Assembly (NCBI GenBank): GCA_963771175.1
Contig: CAVYSY010000045.1
Location: 32,001 to 96,000, forward strand
From: an uncultured delta proteobacterium
Lineage (GTDB): Bacteria > Myxococcota > Myxococcia > Myxococcales > Myxococcaceae
Direction of reading: 5' to 3'
Length of the DNA: 64,000 nt
The notes under the pieces were generated by a model, which saw nothing but the letters and a program-made list of their open reading frames with translations, ran no database searches and was not told the DNA's origin. Each line of letters begins with the position of its first letter. Position 1 is the first letter of the stretch. Both the position numbers and the translations under genes were made by a program. Shown here one piece after another: positions 1 to 10,400 of this stretch.

Positions 1-1800
1 GACTTCCGGTGGGCCCCGACGCGGGACCTGGCCCTGGTGGGCGCCCTCAACCCGGACTTCAGCCAGCTGGAGGCGGATCAGCTCCGGGTCAACCTCAGCA
101 ACTTCGAGCTCTTCTTCCAAGAGCGGCGCCCCTTCTTCACCCAGGGGATGGAGCTGTTCGTCCCGGTGAGTGCCAACGAGGGGCGGGCCCGGCAGATCCT
201 CTTCTACTCGCGCCGCATCGGGCTGGATGCGCCCATCCTCGGCGCGGTCAAGCTGACGGGCACGGTGGGCGAGGAGCTGGACATCGGCGTGCTGGACTCG
301 CTGGTGATGGGCGCAGCGGATCCGGCCAAGGAGGCAGCGCTGGTGCGGGGAGAGGCTCCGGACGAGTCGAACCCCCGCCGGCAGGTGGGCTTCCACCCCA
401 AGCGCCCGTTCCACCTGGGGCTGGATGACGAGCTGCCCTCCCTGGAGCCGGTGACGCGCAACTTCCTGGCCGCGGTGGTGCGGCGCCGCTTCGGCGCCCT
501 GGGCTCTGTCGGAGGCACGGTGGCGGCCGTCACCCCCTTCGCGGCGCCTTGCCCGCGCGAGGAGCCGGGACAGGCGCCGGACACCGTGGCGCTGGCGCGC
601 TGCCGCCCGGTGGGGGCGCAGGTGGGCTCGTTGGATTGGACACTTGGCACGGCCTCGGGCGAGTGGCGCGTGCTCGGCCACGTGGCGGGCTCGCGCGTGA
701 CGGGCGGCGCGCCCGAGGGAGAGGTGCTGGCGGACGGCACCCTGCTGCGGGCGGGGGACACGGGCCTGGGAGCCTTCGTGCGTGCGGGCAAGCTGGGCGG
801 CGAGCCGCTGCGCTTCTCGGTCGGGTACACGCGTGCCTCCCCGCGCTTGGAGCTCAACCGTACCGGCTACCTCGTCGCGCAGAACGAGCAGACCGCGGAC
901 ATGCAGCTCACCTGGGTCCGTGCCTCTCGCCAGGGGTGGCTCGAGTCCCTGGAGTCCAACCTCACCCTGCTCGGCCGCTGGTCCTCGGACGAGCGCGGCG
1001 TGGGGCTGGCCCAGCGCCTCATCTCCGTCACCGAGGCCGTCCTGACTGGCTACCACACGCTCACCTTCACCGCGGGCTACGAGGTGGGGCGCCGGGACAT
1101 CTGGGAAATCGTCGGCACCGGCATTCCGGTGGAGCGCCCCAACCACCTCTATCTGGATGGCAGCCTGAGCACGGATCCTCGCCGCAGCGTCGTCCTGAAG
1201 GCCTCGGGCTACTTCGAGCGGCTCTTCTCCCAGGGCGCCAGCCCCACCCAGTCCGGCGGTGGAGGGGGGCTGACCCTCCAGATGAACGCCCACCCGGCGC
1301 TGGAGACGCGGCTGGAGGTGTCCCTGGAGCGGCCAGGGGAGGGCGCTCGGTTCCTGGAGGCGCTGGGCCCGGGCCGCTTCCTCTTTGGCGAACTGGAGCC
1401 CCAGTACGTCACCCTGACGCTGCGCCAGCTCTGGGTCATCACCCCGCGGCTGACCTTCCAGGGCTACGGCCAGCTCTTCCATGGCTCTGTACGGGCGAGC
1501 GCCGTCTACGAGGCCGCGCCCGAGCCAGGGGGGCCGGTTCGTCTGGTGGATCTGGTGCCGGCCTCCGCGGACTCGCGGCCAGACTTCGACGTCTCCGGCC
1601 TCAACCTCAACCTCGTGCTGCGCTGGGAGTACCGCCCGGGTGCCAGCTTCTACGTCGTCTATTCGCGCACGCAGAACGGGCTGCCGCTGGCGCCCTCCGG
1701 CCTCCGTCCCGAGCCCGGCCTGGTGCCGCGCGGCGAGCTCTGGAAGGGCCCCGCCACGGATCTGCTGCTGCTGAAGCTGTCCTGGTGGTGGGCGGCCTGA
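1..1800 (+). CDS. DUF5916-family outer-membrane beta-barrel-like protein, 5' truncated by the window
   Basis: Frame open from base 1. Motif NPDFSQLEAD...NLSNFELFFQERRPFF..G and LFYSRRIG; C-terminal NLVLRWEYRPG...LLKLSWWW. Confidence 0.8.
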   Translation, partial: DFRWAPTRDLALVGALNPDFSQLEADQLRVNLSNFELFFQERRPFFTQGMELFVPVSANEGRARQILFYSRRIGLDAPILGAVKLTGTVGEELDIGVLDSLVMGAADPAKEAALVRGEAPDESNPRRQVGFHPKRPFHLGLDDELPSLEPVTRNFLAAVVRRRFGALGSVGGTVAAVTPFAAPCPREEPGQAPDTVALARCRPVGAQVGSLDWTLGTASGEWRVLGHVAGSRVTGGAPEGEVLADGTLLRAGDTGLGAFVRAGKLGGEPLRFSVGYTRASPRLELNRTGYLVAQNEQTADMQLTWVRASRQGWLESLESNLTLLGRWSSDERGVGLAQRLISVTEAVLTGYHTLTFTAGYEVGRRDIWEIVGTGIPVERPNHLYLDGSLSTDPRRSVVLKASGYFERLFSQGASPTQSGGGGGLTLQMNAHPALETRLEVSLERPGEGARFLEALGPGRFLFGELEPQYVTLTLRQLWVITPRLTFQGYGQLFHGSVRASAVYEAAPEPGGPVRLVDLVPASADSRPDFDVSGLNLNLVLRWEYRPGASFYVVYSRTQNGLPLAPSGLRPEPGLVPRGELWKGPATDLLLLKLSWWWAA

Positions 1801-1810
1801 GCGTCCGGCC

Positions 1811-3649
1811 TCAGTCCACGCGCCAGCGCATCCAGCGGGACAGGCCCACGAAGCTGGCCAGTGTCACCACGGCCAGCACCGCGAGGTCCAGCGCGAAGCG
1901 GGCATCCACGGTGCCATCCAGCGCCCGGCGCAGCGCGTCCGCCGCGTAGGTGGGGGGCAGCAGCATCCCGAGTGCCCGCAGGGGCGGGGGCAGCGCCTCC
2001 GCGGGGATGAACACGGGCGCGGCCAGCAGCAGCAGGGAGATGAGGGCATTGGTGACGACCACGAGCAGGTCCAGGTCTCGGATGAGCGAGCCCAGCACCA
2101 GACCTGCTCCGCAGAAGGACAACGCGCTGAGCGGGACGAGCACCAGCAGCCAGGGGCTCAGCTCCAGCCGGATGCCGTGCAGCAGCCAGCCGGCGAGCAG
2201 CGGGGTGACGACCCCGGGGAAGATGATGAACACGCGGGAGAGGACGAGGGAGGCGACGAAGGAGGCCTGGCTGATGGGCAGAGCGGCGTAATAGATGAGC
2301 CGCCCGTCCTTGCGCATCATCCCGATGCGCTGCGCGCAGGTGAGGAGCCCCTCGGTGGCCACCGCGAACACCGCTGCCCCGCTGACGATGTAGAGCAGGC
2401 TCATCCGGTCGCTCAGGCCCAGGCCGATGCGCGACAGCCCGAACACCATCGCCACCGGCATGAAGAGGGAGAAGACGGCGTTCCAGGCCCAGGTGTGCCG
2501 CACCTCCAGCATGTGCTCGAACCACAGGTACTTGAGCGCCACCAGCTCGCGCCGCAGGCGGCTCGGGCCGGGCGAGGGGCTCTCCTCGATGCTCGGGACT
2601 GGTGGCAGTGCTGGGGCCTCCTCGCACGCGCCGCGGTCCAGATCCAGATACACCTCTTCCAGGGAAGGAGGGGCGAGTCGGAGATCCTCCACCCGTTGCA
2701 ACCCCAGCGCCTGGAGGATCTCGGCGCTGGCCTGCCCGGCGCGCTGGGGCTCCAGGTAGGTGCGATAGTGCCCCTCGCGGATCTCGGTGACCTGACCATG
2801 GCCGCGCAGCCGCTCCAACTCCCAGTCCTCCAGCCGCACGCCCTCCTTGAGCTGCAGCTCCAGCCGCACGTGGCCGCCCGCGCGCTGCTTGATGTCCTGG
2901 GGCGTCCCGAGTGCGATGATGCGCCCCCGGTCCATCACCGCCACGCGGTGGATGACCCGCTCGGCCTCCAGCACGTTGTGGGTGACGAGCAGGCAGGTGA
3001 GGCCCTGCTCCCGGTTGAGCTGATCCAGGGTGTCCCAGACGAGGCGCCGCTTGTGCGGATCCAACTCGTTGGTGGGCTCGTCGAGGATGAGCAGCCGGGG
3101 GTTTCCCATGAGTGCCATGCCGAAGCCGACCAGCCGCGACATGCCGCCACTGAGGTGGTTGACGTACCGCCGCCGGAAGTCGCCCAGGCCGAGCATGTCG
3201 ATGAGCTGGCGGGTCTGCGCGCGCGCGTCATGCTCGCTCTGGCCCCTCAGCCGTCCGGTGTAGTGCAGCGCGCGCTCCACCTCCACGTAGTGGAGCGCCA
3301 GCTCGCCCTGGGGCAGGAAGCCGATCAGCTCCTTCACCGCGTCCGGCTGGCGAACGACGTCCACGTGCTCGACCTGGAGGTGGCCCGAGGTGGGGCGCAT
3401 GAGCCCCATGAGCTGCATGACGAGCGTCGTCTTCCCGGCGCCGTTGGGCCCCAGCAGCCCGAAGATCTCTCCGCGGTGGATGTCGAAGGAGAGCCGATCG
3501 TTGGCGACCACTGGCGGCTCGCCGGGAAACGTACGGACCAGCTCCCGCACCGCCACCGCCACGCGAGGGGTCACTGCGGGCGCCAGGGGGGCGAGGGGCT
3601 CGGCGGGGGGGGCAACAAGGAGTAGGGGCTGCCCGGGAGTGGAGTTCAC
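1811..3649 (-). CDS. ABC transporter, ATP-binding domain fused to ABC-2 type permease
   Basis: Walker A GPNGAGKTT, signature LSGGM, Walker B LLILDEPT, then about 6 hydrophobic helices with LPPTYAADALR. GTG start overlaps the upstream TGA. Confidence 0.9.
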   Translation of the reverse strand: MNSTPGQPLLLVAPPAEPLAPLAPAVTPRVAVAVRELVRTFPGEPPVVANDRLSFDIHRGEIFGLLGPNGAGKTTLVMQLMGLMRPTSGHLQVEHVDVVRQPDAVKELIGFLPQGELALHYVEVERALHYTGRLRGQSEHDARAQTRQLIDMLGLGDFRRRYVNHLSGGMSRLVGFGMALMGNPRLLILDEPTNELDPHKRRLVWDTLDQLNREQGLTCLLVTHNVLEAERVIHRVAVMDRGRIIALGTPQDIKQRAGGHVRLELQLKEGVRLEDWELERLRGHGQVTEIREGHYRTYLEPQRAGQASAEILQALGLQRVEDLRLAPPSLEEVYLDLDRGACEEAPALPPVPSIEESPSPGPSRLRRELVALKYLWFEHMLEVRHTWAWNAVFSLFMPVAMVFGLSRIGLGLSDRMSLLYIVSGAAVFAVATEGLLTCAQRIGMMRKDGRLIYYAALPISQASFVASLVLSRVFIIFPGVVTPLLAGWLLHGIRLELSPWLLVLVPLSALSFCGAGLVLGSLIRDLDLLVVVTNALISLLLLAAPVFIPAEALPPPLRALGMLLPPTYAADALRRALDGTVDARFALDLAVLAVVTLASFVGLSRWMRWRVD

Positions 3650-5940
3650 AGCTCCTCCGTCTGCGTGATGACCGTGGTGTCGGTGAAGCCGAAGCCATAC
3701 GGGGCCGCCATGAGGGTGGAGGGCCGCCGCTGGGACTCAGGGAGGGTGGGGATGCCCAGGGAGACGGCGCTGGCGCGCACGCGCACCGGGCCTCCCCCCC
3801 GCACCCTCAGGAAGAAGGGGAGCCCTTCCGGCGGGGGCTGCCAATAGTCGAGGTGGAGCCCCGCCCCCGCGGCGAGCACCGCGCCCGGCACTGGGGAGCC
3901 ACCCACCCGGGCCTCGAGGAGCTCCATCGGCGGCAGATCCAACTGGAGCAGCGCCGCGCCAGGGGGGACCTCCACCCGGAGGGTGAGGACGCGCACCTCG
4001 CCCTCCCGGCGCTCCTCGAGCAGGAGGGTGCGAGCCGGAGACAGCGGCAGCAGAGGCGCCTCGCGGTAGAGCACCTCCGTCTCCAGCCAGGGCAGGGCCT
4101 CGTCGAAGCGTCGCGCCGAGGGAGCCGTGCCGAGGAACTGCTCCGCCCACTGGCCATGGGTGGCCTCGTGGGACAGCCAGAAGGCCCGGCGCCCATCCCC
4201 GTCCAGCCAGTAGGCGATGCTCTCGGGCCAGGGGCGGGACGCCGAGGGGCTCGCCGCCAGCGCCCCGGCCACCAACAGCACCCCTCCGGCCGCCATCGCC
4301 CCGGCTGCCAGGGCGTGCCAGCGCTCGCGGATGAGCCACGCCAGGGCGGGAGCTAGCAGCCCGAGCACCAGGGAAGCGAGGAGCAGGCCCACGCCCGCCA
4401 GCGAGAGCCCGAGTGCCGAGAGGAGCGGGTACAGGGTGGAGGTGACCAGCATCAGCAGGGGCGCCCCACCCGCGGCGAGCACCAGCCCCGCCGCCCATGG
4501 GCGCTCGCCCACGCGGCGCAGGGCGAGGTGCGTCAGCCAGGCCAGGAGCAGGGGCCACGCGAAGAGATAGCTTGCCCCGGGGAGGAGCACGGCGGTGGCC
4601 ACCGCGAGCGCGGCCCATGGCAGCCGTGCCCCGTGCCCCCACTCCTCCTCCTGCACGCGCGCCTGCCCCCAGCGCCGGGCCAGCGTGAAGGGCACGAGCG
4701 CCAGGGCGAGGAGGCCGGCCTGGAAGGGCGCCGGTGTGTGGGCATCTCCCTGGGCGAAGGCCTCCAACCCGGTGGCGTTCTGCGTGGCGCGCCACGCCAG
4801 GGTGACGAGCACCGCCGCGGCCAGGGCGCTCAGCACCGTTCCCACCACCGCCAGGGCCAGCCCCCGGATCCTGAGCCGCCCGGCGCGCACCGCGCCCACC
4901 AGGGTGAGCACCTCGAGCACCAGCAGCAGCACCGCGAGCGGAATGGCCCATGCCCGGGGGTACGCGACGAGCCAGTCTCCCACCGGGTTGAAGTAGACGA
5001 GCCCCTGGGCCTCTCGAGGCGGCGTCTCCCCGTCCGCGAGCGCGCGCGTGAGGGCCAGCAGGTTCTCGCCATGGTGCTGGAGGCTGCCGTCGTCGAGCTG
5101 CTCCGGCGTGTCCAGCCACGTGTGGTAGTGGATGAGCCCCTCGATGAAGGCGAAGTTCATCCCCGCCAGGCCCGCCTGGCGGAAGATGGACAGGTCGGTG
5201 TCGGCCGACAGGTAGGGGTAGAGCTCTCCCGCGAGCGAGTTGCCCATCGGGTGGGGGGCCACCTCCCTGAACCGCTGGATGAGCCAGCCCTGGGGCCCGG
5301 TCGTCTCGAAGAGGAGGGAGGGCCCGCGCGTGCCACGGGCCTCGAAGTTGAGGGTGACCGCCACCTTCGCGAAGAGCGGGTGCTGGAGGAAGCCCTCGGC
5401 GCCGAGCAGCCCCGCCTCTTCCGCGTCCGTGAACAGAAAGAGGACGTCGTGTCGTGGTGGCGGCTCGGTGCGCAGGGCCCGCAGGGCCTCCAGCATGGCC
5501 GCGACCGCGGCGCCGTTGTCCGCGGCGCCGGGGCCGCTGGGGACCGAGTCGTAGTGCCCCACCACCAGCACGGCGTGGTGGCCCTCGGTGCCCGGCAGGC
5601 GCGCGAGGACGTTGTGCACGGTGGCTGCCACCACGGCGCCAGGGGCCCCCTGCGCCCGGAGGAGCTCGGTGGTCTGTACCTCGGGGGACACACCCAGCTC
5701 GGTCAGGCGCGCGAGCAGCTCCCGCCGCACCTCGGCCAGGCGCGCCGAGCCCACCGGCCGGGGCTGCGCCGTGAGCCAGGCGAGGTGCTGGCGCGCGCGC
5801 GCCGCCGAGAACGCGCCCACGGGCGCAGCTCCTCCCAGGGCGGCAGGCGGACGGTGGGTGGCGAGCGCGAGCACGACCGCCGCGGCCAGCAGGAAGGCCA
5901 GGCCGAGGCGTGGTGCGAGTTCGGGCGGGAGCCGGCTCAT
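3646..5940 (-). CDS. Membrane-bound M28-family metallopeptidase (ERMP1/FXNA-like)
   Basis: GHYDSV, GAADNGAAVA, FTDAEEAGLLGA, NFEARG, DTD and YHT..D motifs, followed by a multi-pass TM region. Confidence 0.9.
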   Translation of the reverse strand: MSRLPPELAPRLGLAFLLAAAVVLALATHRPPAALGGAAPVGAFSAARARQHLAWLTAQPRPVGSARLAEVRRELLARLTELGVSPEVQTTELLRAQGAPGAVVAATVHNVLARLPGTEGHHAVLVVGHYDSVPSGPGAADNGAAVAAMLEALRALRTEPPPRHDVLFLFTDAEEAGLLGAEGFLQHPLFAKVAVTLNFEARGTRGPSLLFETTGPQGWLIQRFREVAPHPMGNSLAGELYPYLSADTDLSIFRQAGLAGMNFAFIEGLIHYHTWLDTPEQLDDGSLQHHGENLLALTRALADGETPPREAQGLVYFNPVGDWLVAYPRAWAIPLAVLLLVLEVLTLVGAVRAGRLRIRGLALAVVGTVLSALAAAVLVTLAWRATQNATGLEAFAQGDAHTPAPFQAGLLALALVPFTLARRWGQARVQEEEWGHGARLPWAALAVATAVLLPGASYLFAWPLLLAWLTHLALRRVGERPWAAGLVLAAGGAPLLMLVTSTLYPLLSALGLSLAGVGLLLASLVLGLLAPALAWLIRERWHALAAGAMAAGGVLLVAGALAASPSASRPWPESIAYWLDGDGRRAFWLSHEATHGQWAEQFLGTAPSARRFDEALPWLETEVLYREAPLLPLSPARTLLLEERREGEVRVLTLRVEVPPGAALLQLDLPPMELLEARVGGSPVPGAVLAAGAGLHLDYWQPPPEGLPFFLRVRGGGPVRVRASAVSLGIPTLPESQRRPSTLMAAPYGFGFTDTTVITQTEEL

Positions 5941-5956
5941 GCGTCGGTTCAGGGGC

Positions 5957-6871
5957 TCAGGCCGCCACCGCGAGGCGGGGTTCCTCCACCACCTCGGCCT
6001 GCGTGGCGGGCCGCGCCCAGACGATGAAGAGGGCGGGGTAGAGCAGGAAGAGGTGCCAGAACGAGATGTTCATCGTGAGGCCAACTCCCATGTGGAACAT
6101 CATGGACATGGCCCCCAGCCAGCGTGGGAAGCGCCCCAGCACCAGTCCCAGGGGAAGGAAGCCGAACTCGAAGATCCCGGCGAACAGTGTGGAGGCGGTG
6201 AAGAACCAGGGGAAGCGGGTGAGCTCCCGGCCAATCCACCCCCCTGTCTCCAGCGTCTGGATGAACGGGGTCTGCCCGAGCACGAACCAGTCCAGGCCGC
6301 CGGAGAGCAGCTTGGCCAGCCCGGCCTGGAAGTAGAAGACCGCGATGAAGAGCTGCATCGCGCCCATGGCGAACGAGGCCCGCTGCTGCTCGGCGAGCGG
6401 GTCCACCGGGGGGCGCGTCCGCCCCAGCCTCGCATCGAGCGAGAGGGCCTGTCCGCAGGGGAAGAGGCAGAGCGCGAGCAGGAAGAAGTTCAGGTAGGTG
6501 TTGTAGGCCCACGTCGGCCGGGTGAAGCAGGCGACGTAGTAGTTCCATGCGGTGAAGAGGGTGCCGAACAGCACCGCCGAGGGGCGCGTGGCCAGCCCGA
6601 GGGTGAAGAGCACCCCGGTGAGGATGATGGCTGCCTCGAGCACCCACAGCCCCGTACGCCCCAGCGGCGGGAAGAACGAGAAGAGCGGGCTCGGGCGGTA
6701 CAGCAGATCCGCGGTGTCGATCAGGAACTGGCTGTACGGCTCCAGCAGCACGTAGGCGATGCAGATGAGCCCCACTGAGATGCGCATGAGGGCCAGCCGA
6801 CGCAGGGGCTCGGGCTGCTCGAAGAGGAGGCGGTACAAATGGGTCTCGAGCTGGCGGAGTCGGGCCATCAT
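5957..6871 (-). CDS. HTTM-domain membrane protein (vitamin K-dependent carboxylase / SdpB-like)
   Basis: LALMRI..G, LFTLGLATR, ALSLDA, Q....FYFQAGLAKL..GG.DW, FE.GF, MFH.G....M.I.F pattern. Confidence 0.75.
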   Translation of the reverse strand: MMARLRQLETHLYRLLFEQPEPLRRLALMRISVGLICIAYVLLEPYSQFLIDTADLLYRPSPLFSFFPPLGRTGLWVLEAAIILTGVLFTLGLATRPSAVLFGTLFTAWNYYVACFTRPTWAYNTYLNFFLLALCLFPCGQALSLDARLGRTRPPVDPLAEQQRASFAMGAMQLFIAVFYFQAGLAKLLSGGLDWFVLGQTPFIQTLETGGWIGRELTRFPWFFTASTLFAGIFEFGFLPLGLVLGRFPRWLGAMSMMFHMGVGLTMNISFWHLFLLYPALFIVWARPATQAEVVEEPRLAVAA

Positions 6872-7410
6872 TGGGGGCGGGGCTCGGAGTAGGAGTAGAA
6901 GGGCACGCTCTTCAGGGGCTCGAGCGGGGAGCCGTACTGGTAGAGGGTGTAGTCGAGGGTGTCGGCGGTGAGCTCGAAGCCCACGAAGCGCGCTCCGGGC
7001 GCGGGCCGCAGCGGCAGGGCGAACTCATCGAAGTCCCGCCACGGCTCGCCGTTCACCCACTGGAGGATGAGCGGCGAGAAGCGCTCGCGCACTCCCGTGA
7101 GGTCGCCATCCGGCAGGTAGATGCGGTGCATCAGGTCCATGGCCAGCCAGTAGTCCATCGGGACGACGTTCCAGGGATCTCCGGTGACGCGGCGGCCCGT
7201 GTCCTCGATGAGGTGGACCTTCATCACCTCCTGCTGCAAGGGGGTGACGTGTTTGAAGAACGAGTGGTCGGCGAAGGGCCAGTTGGAGTGCTGCAGCACG
7301 GCGGTGTGGAAGAGCTGGATGCCCAGCAGCGCCGTGAGCACACCCGCCAGGAGGCGCTTGTGCGTGGGGGAGAGCCCGGCCCCTGAGTGGTTTCGAGGGG
7401 CGCCGCTCAT
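6868..7410 (-). CDS. Single-TM hypothetical protein, probable HTTM partner (SdpA-like position)
   Basis: N-terminal TM helix then NWPFADHSFF. Overlapping start/stop codons with both the NRPS and the HTTM gene. Confidence 0.6.
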   Translation of the reverse strand: MSGAPRNHSGAGLSPTHKRLLAGVLTALLGIQLFHTAVLQHSNWPFADHSFFKHVTPLQQEVMKVHLIEDTGRRVTGDPWNVVPMDYWLAMDLMHRIYLPDGDLTGVRERFSPLILQWVNGEPWRDFDEFALPLRPAPGARFVGFELTADTLDYTLYQYGSPLEPLKSVPFYSYSEPRPQ

Positions 7411-10400
7411 GCCACGCTCTCCTGGCCGGGGGCCACCGGCGCCGCCGCGAGCCGCTTCTCCAGGCCCAGGATGGTGCGCTCGCGGAACAGGTCGCGCAGC
7501 GCGAGGTTCGCCTGGAAGGCCTCGTTGATGCGCGCCATCAGCCGGATGGCGTGGATGGAGTGCCCGCCCAGCTCGAAGAAGTCATCGGTGACGCCCACGG
7601 AGGGCAGCCCGAGCACGTCACACCAGAGCGCCGCCAGCCGCTCCTGGACGGGGCCCTGGGGAGGCACCGCGCGTTCCGGCTCGCGGGGGCCGAGCGGCAG
7701 CTCCGGCAGCGCACGCTCGTCCACCTTGCCGCTCGGCGTGAGGGGAAGGGCCGACAGGAACCGGAAGTGCTCCGGCACCATGTAGTCCGGCAGGCTGTCG
7801 CGCAGCTCCTGCCTCAGCGTGCGTGCCTCCACGGGGCGCCAGAGGTACTCCGCCGCGGGCGCGTGCGGGTGCTCCATCCAGACGCTCGGATCGTAGTACT
7901 CCCCCATGCCTGCCTCCAGGTCGATGTGCACTGGCCGCAGCGTGTCCCGGACGACGTAGTCGCCGCTGGCCGGGAACGTCCGCCCGGCCCAACGCTGCCA
8001 GTCCTCCACGCTCGCCTCTATCCGCTGCGAGCGGGGCTCCACGCGCAGCACGCGCGCGCCCATCCGTTCGTGGGTCCGCAGCCACCGGTCGTCCAGCTGG
8101 CCGTCCTCGCGCCGGCGCAGGCAGTACTCCTCGACGCTCTCCTCCGGGCGCGCGGTCTTGTCCACCGGCCGTACTGGTGCCACCAGGCGCTCCAGCCCCT
8201 GGGCATGGGCCAGGTGCTTCATCGCCTTCAAGAGGAAGGAGCTCAGGCCTTGGCCGTGGGCGTTCGTGCTCACCACCGCGGCGAGCAGCATCAGGGTGTC
8301 GGGGTGCTCGCCGCGCGAGGCACCCGCGAAGGCCCGCTCGATCGCGTCGTCCCACCCGCGCGGCAGCGTTTCCAGCGTGCCATTCCAGGAGAAGGGGAGG
8401 GCATTGCCGACGCCCACCAGGGTGTCCTTCTCGTCGAGCACGGCGAGCTGGTACTCGGGGAACTCGGCGCTCAGGCGCGGCCAGAAGGTGCGCATCGCGC
8501 AGTTGCCCAGGAAGTACTCGGGCCAGCTCTCCGCGTGCAGCGTGTCCGCGGCGCGCCGCAGCTCGGGGCGCTGGGACAGGGTGAAGAGCCGGTAGTGCCG
8601 GTCGTCGCCCAGCCGCACGAAGCGCTCGTGCAGCTCCAGGTACGCCACGAGCGTGTCGCCGCCGCCGGGGGCCTGCTGGTGGCGCACGAGGCACCTGTCT
8701 ACCGCCGGGTGCGCGGCCAGCCGGCCCTCCACTTCCTCCAGCTCCACGCGGTTGCCGCGGATCTTCACCTGCTTGTCCACGCGCGCCACGTAGTGGAGCT
8801 GTCCGTCCTCGGAGTAGCGCCCCAGGTCACCCGTGCGGTAGAGCCGCGCGCCCGGCACCGCCGAGTACGGGTCAGGGACGAACTGGAGCGCGGTGCGGAC
8901 CGGATCCTCGGCATAACCCCGCGCCAGACCCGGGGAGCTGATGAACAGCTCGCCCTTGACCCCGGGCGGCACCAGCCGGAGCGCCGTGTCGAGCACCAGC
9001 GCCCGGGTGTTGTCCAGGGGTCTGCCGATGGGCACCAGCTCCGTGGAGACGGGTGCGGCGCAGGGGAAGCGGGTGGCGTCCACCGTCACCTCGGTGGGGC
9101 CGTAATGGTTGGCCAACCGGCAGGGCAGGGCGGCCAGCGCGCGATCTCGTAGCTCCCGGGTGAGGTAGGCGCCGCCGCAGATGAGGAGCCGGAGGGAAGG
9201 TAGCGGGGGCAGCTCCCCGGCGAGCTGGGCCTGAATGAGCGCATCCAGCATGAGCGGCACCGTTTGGAAGGCCGTCACCTGATGGCGGGCGACCCGCGCC
9301 GCGATGCGGGCCGGATCCTTGTTCTCGCCCGGCTGAGGCAGGACGACGCGCGCCCCGAAGGCGAGCGGCCAGAAGAAGTCCAGCACGGAGGCATCGAAGT
9401 CCACGGGGGTGATGAAGAGCACCGTGTCCCCGGCCTTCAGGCCGTACTCGCGCTGGGTGGAGTCGATGAGGTTGTGCACGCCCAGGTGGGAGATCTCGAT
9501 TCCCTTGGGCGTGCCGGTGGTGCCGGAGGTGTAGAGGACGTAGGCGAGCTGCTCCGCCAGGACGCGCATCGGGGCGCCCGTGGGCAACGCGGAGACCTCG
9601 GCCCCGTGCTCCTCCATCCGGAAGACGCCCGGGCGATCCCTCAGGGCTGGCGCCTGGAGGGAGCCATGGGTGAGCACGGTGCGCACGCCCGCCTGCGTGA
9701 GCACGTGCTCGTGGCGCTCGGCGGGGTGGTCCGGGTTGAGGGGCACGTAGGCCGCGCCGGCCTTGAGGATGGCCAGCAGCGCGATCCCCAGATCCAGCGA
9801 GGGCTCGAGCAGCACCGCCACCCGCTCCTCGGGGCGCATCCCGCGGGCGAGCAGCCAGCGCGCCCACCGGTCCGAGGCCTCGTCCAGGGCCCGGTAGGTC
9901 AGGGTGCCGGAGTCGTGCTCGAGCGCCACCGCGTCCGGGGTGGCACGAGCCTGCGCGGACAGGCGCGCGGTGAGACCCTCCTGCTGCTCGAAGGCGTGGG
10001 TGGGGCCGGACAGCTCGCGCAGCCAGCGCGTCTCGGCCTCGGCGGTCAGCAGCCGGTAGTCCGCCAGGGGCTTGCCGGGGGCGCGTGCCGTCTCGGCGGC
10101 CAGGGAGAAGAACTGCTCCAGCATCCGCTCCACGCTCTCTCGCCGGAACAGGTCGCTGTTGTAGTTGAGGCTGACGATGGTGTCGTTGCCGAACTGCTCC
10201 ACGATGAAGGTCAGATCGAAGCGCGCGTTCTGGAACTCAGGCGTGGCCATGTTGGTGAGGTAGCGCAGCTCCAGCCCCTCGAAGCGCAGCTCCGAGGCCA
10301 GCTTCGTCTTGTTGTTCTGGACGCCGTACATCACCGAGAACAGCCGGTTGCGTGACAAGTCCATCTGGGGGTTGACCTCCTGGATGGAGAGCACGCTCGG

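Noticed and set aside
1..1800. DUF5916 gene as part of the NRPS cluster
   Set aside because: It is convergent and truncated by the window; adjacency is the only link.
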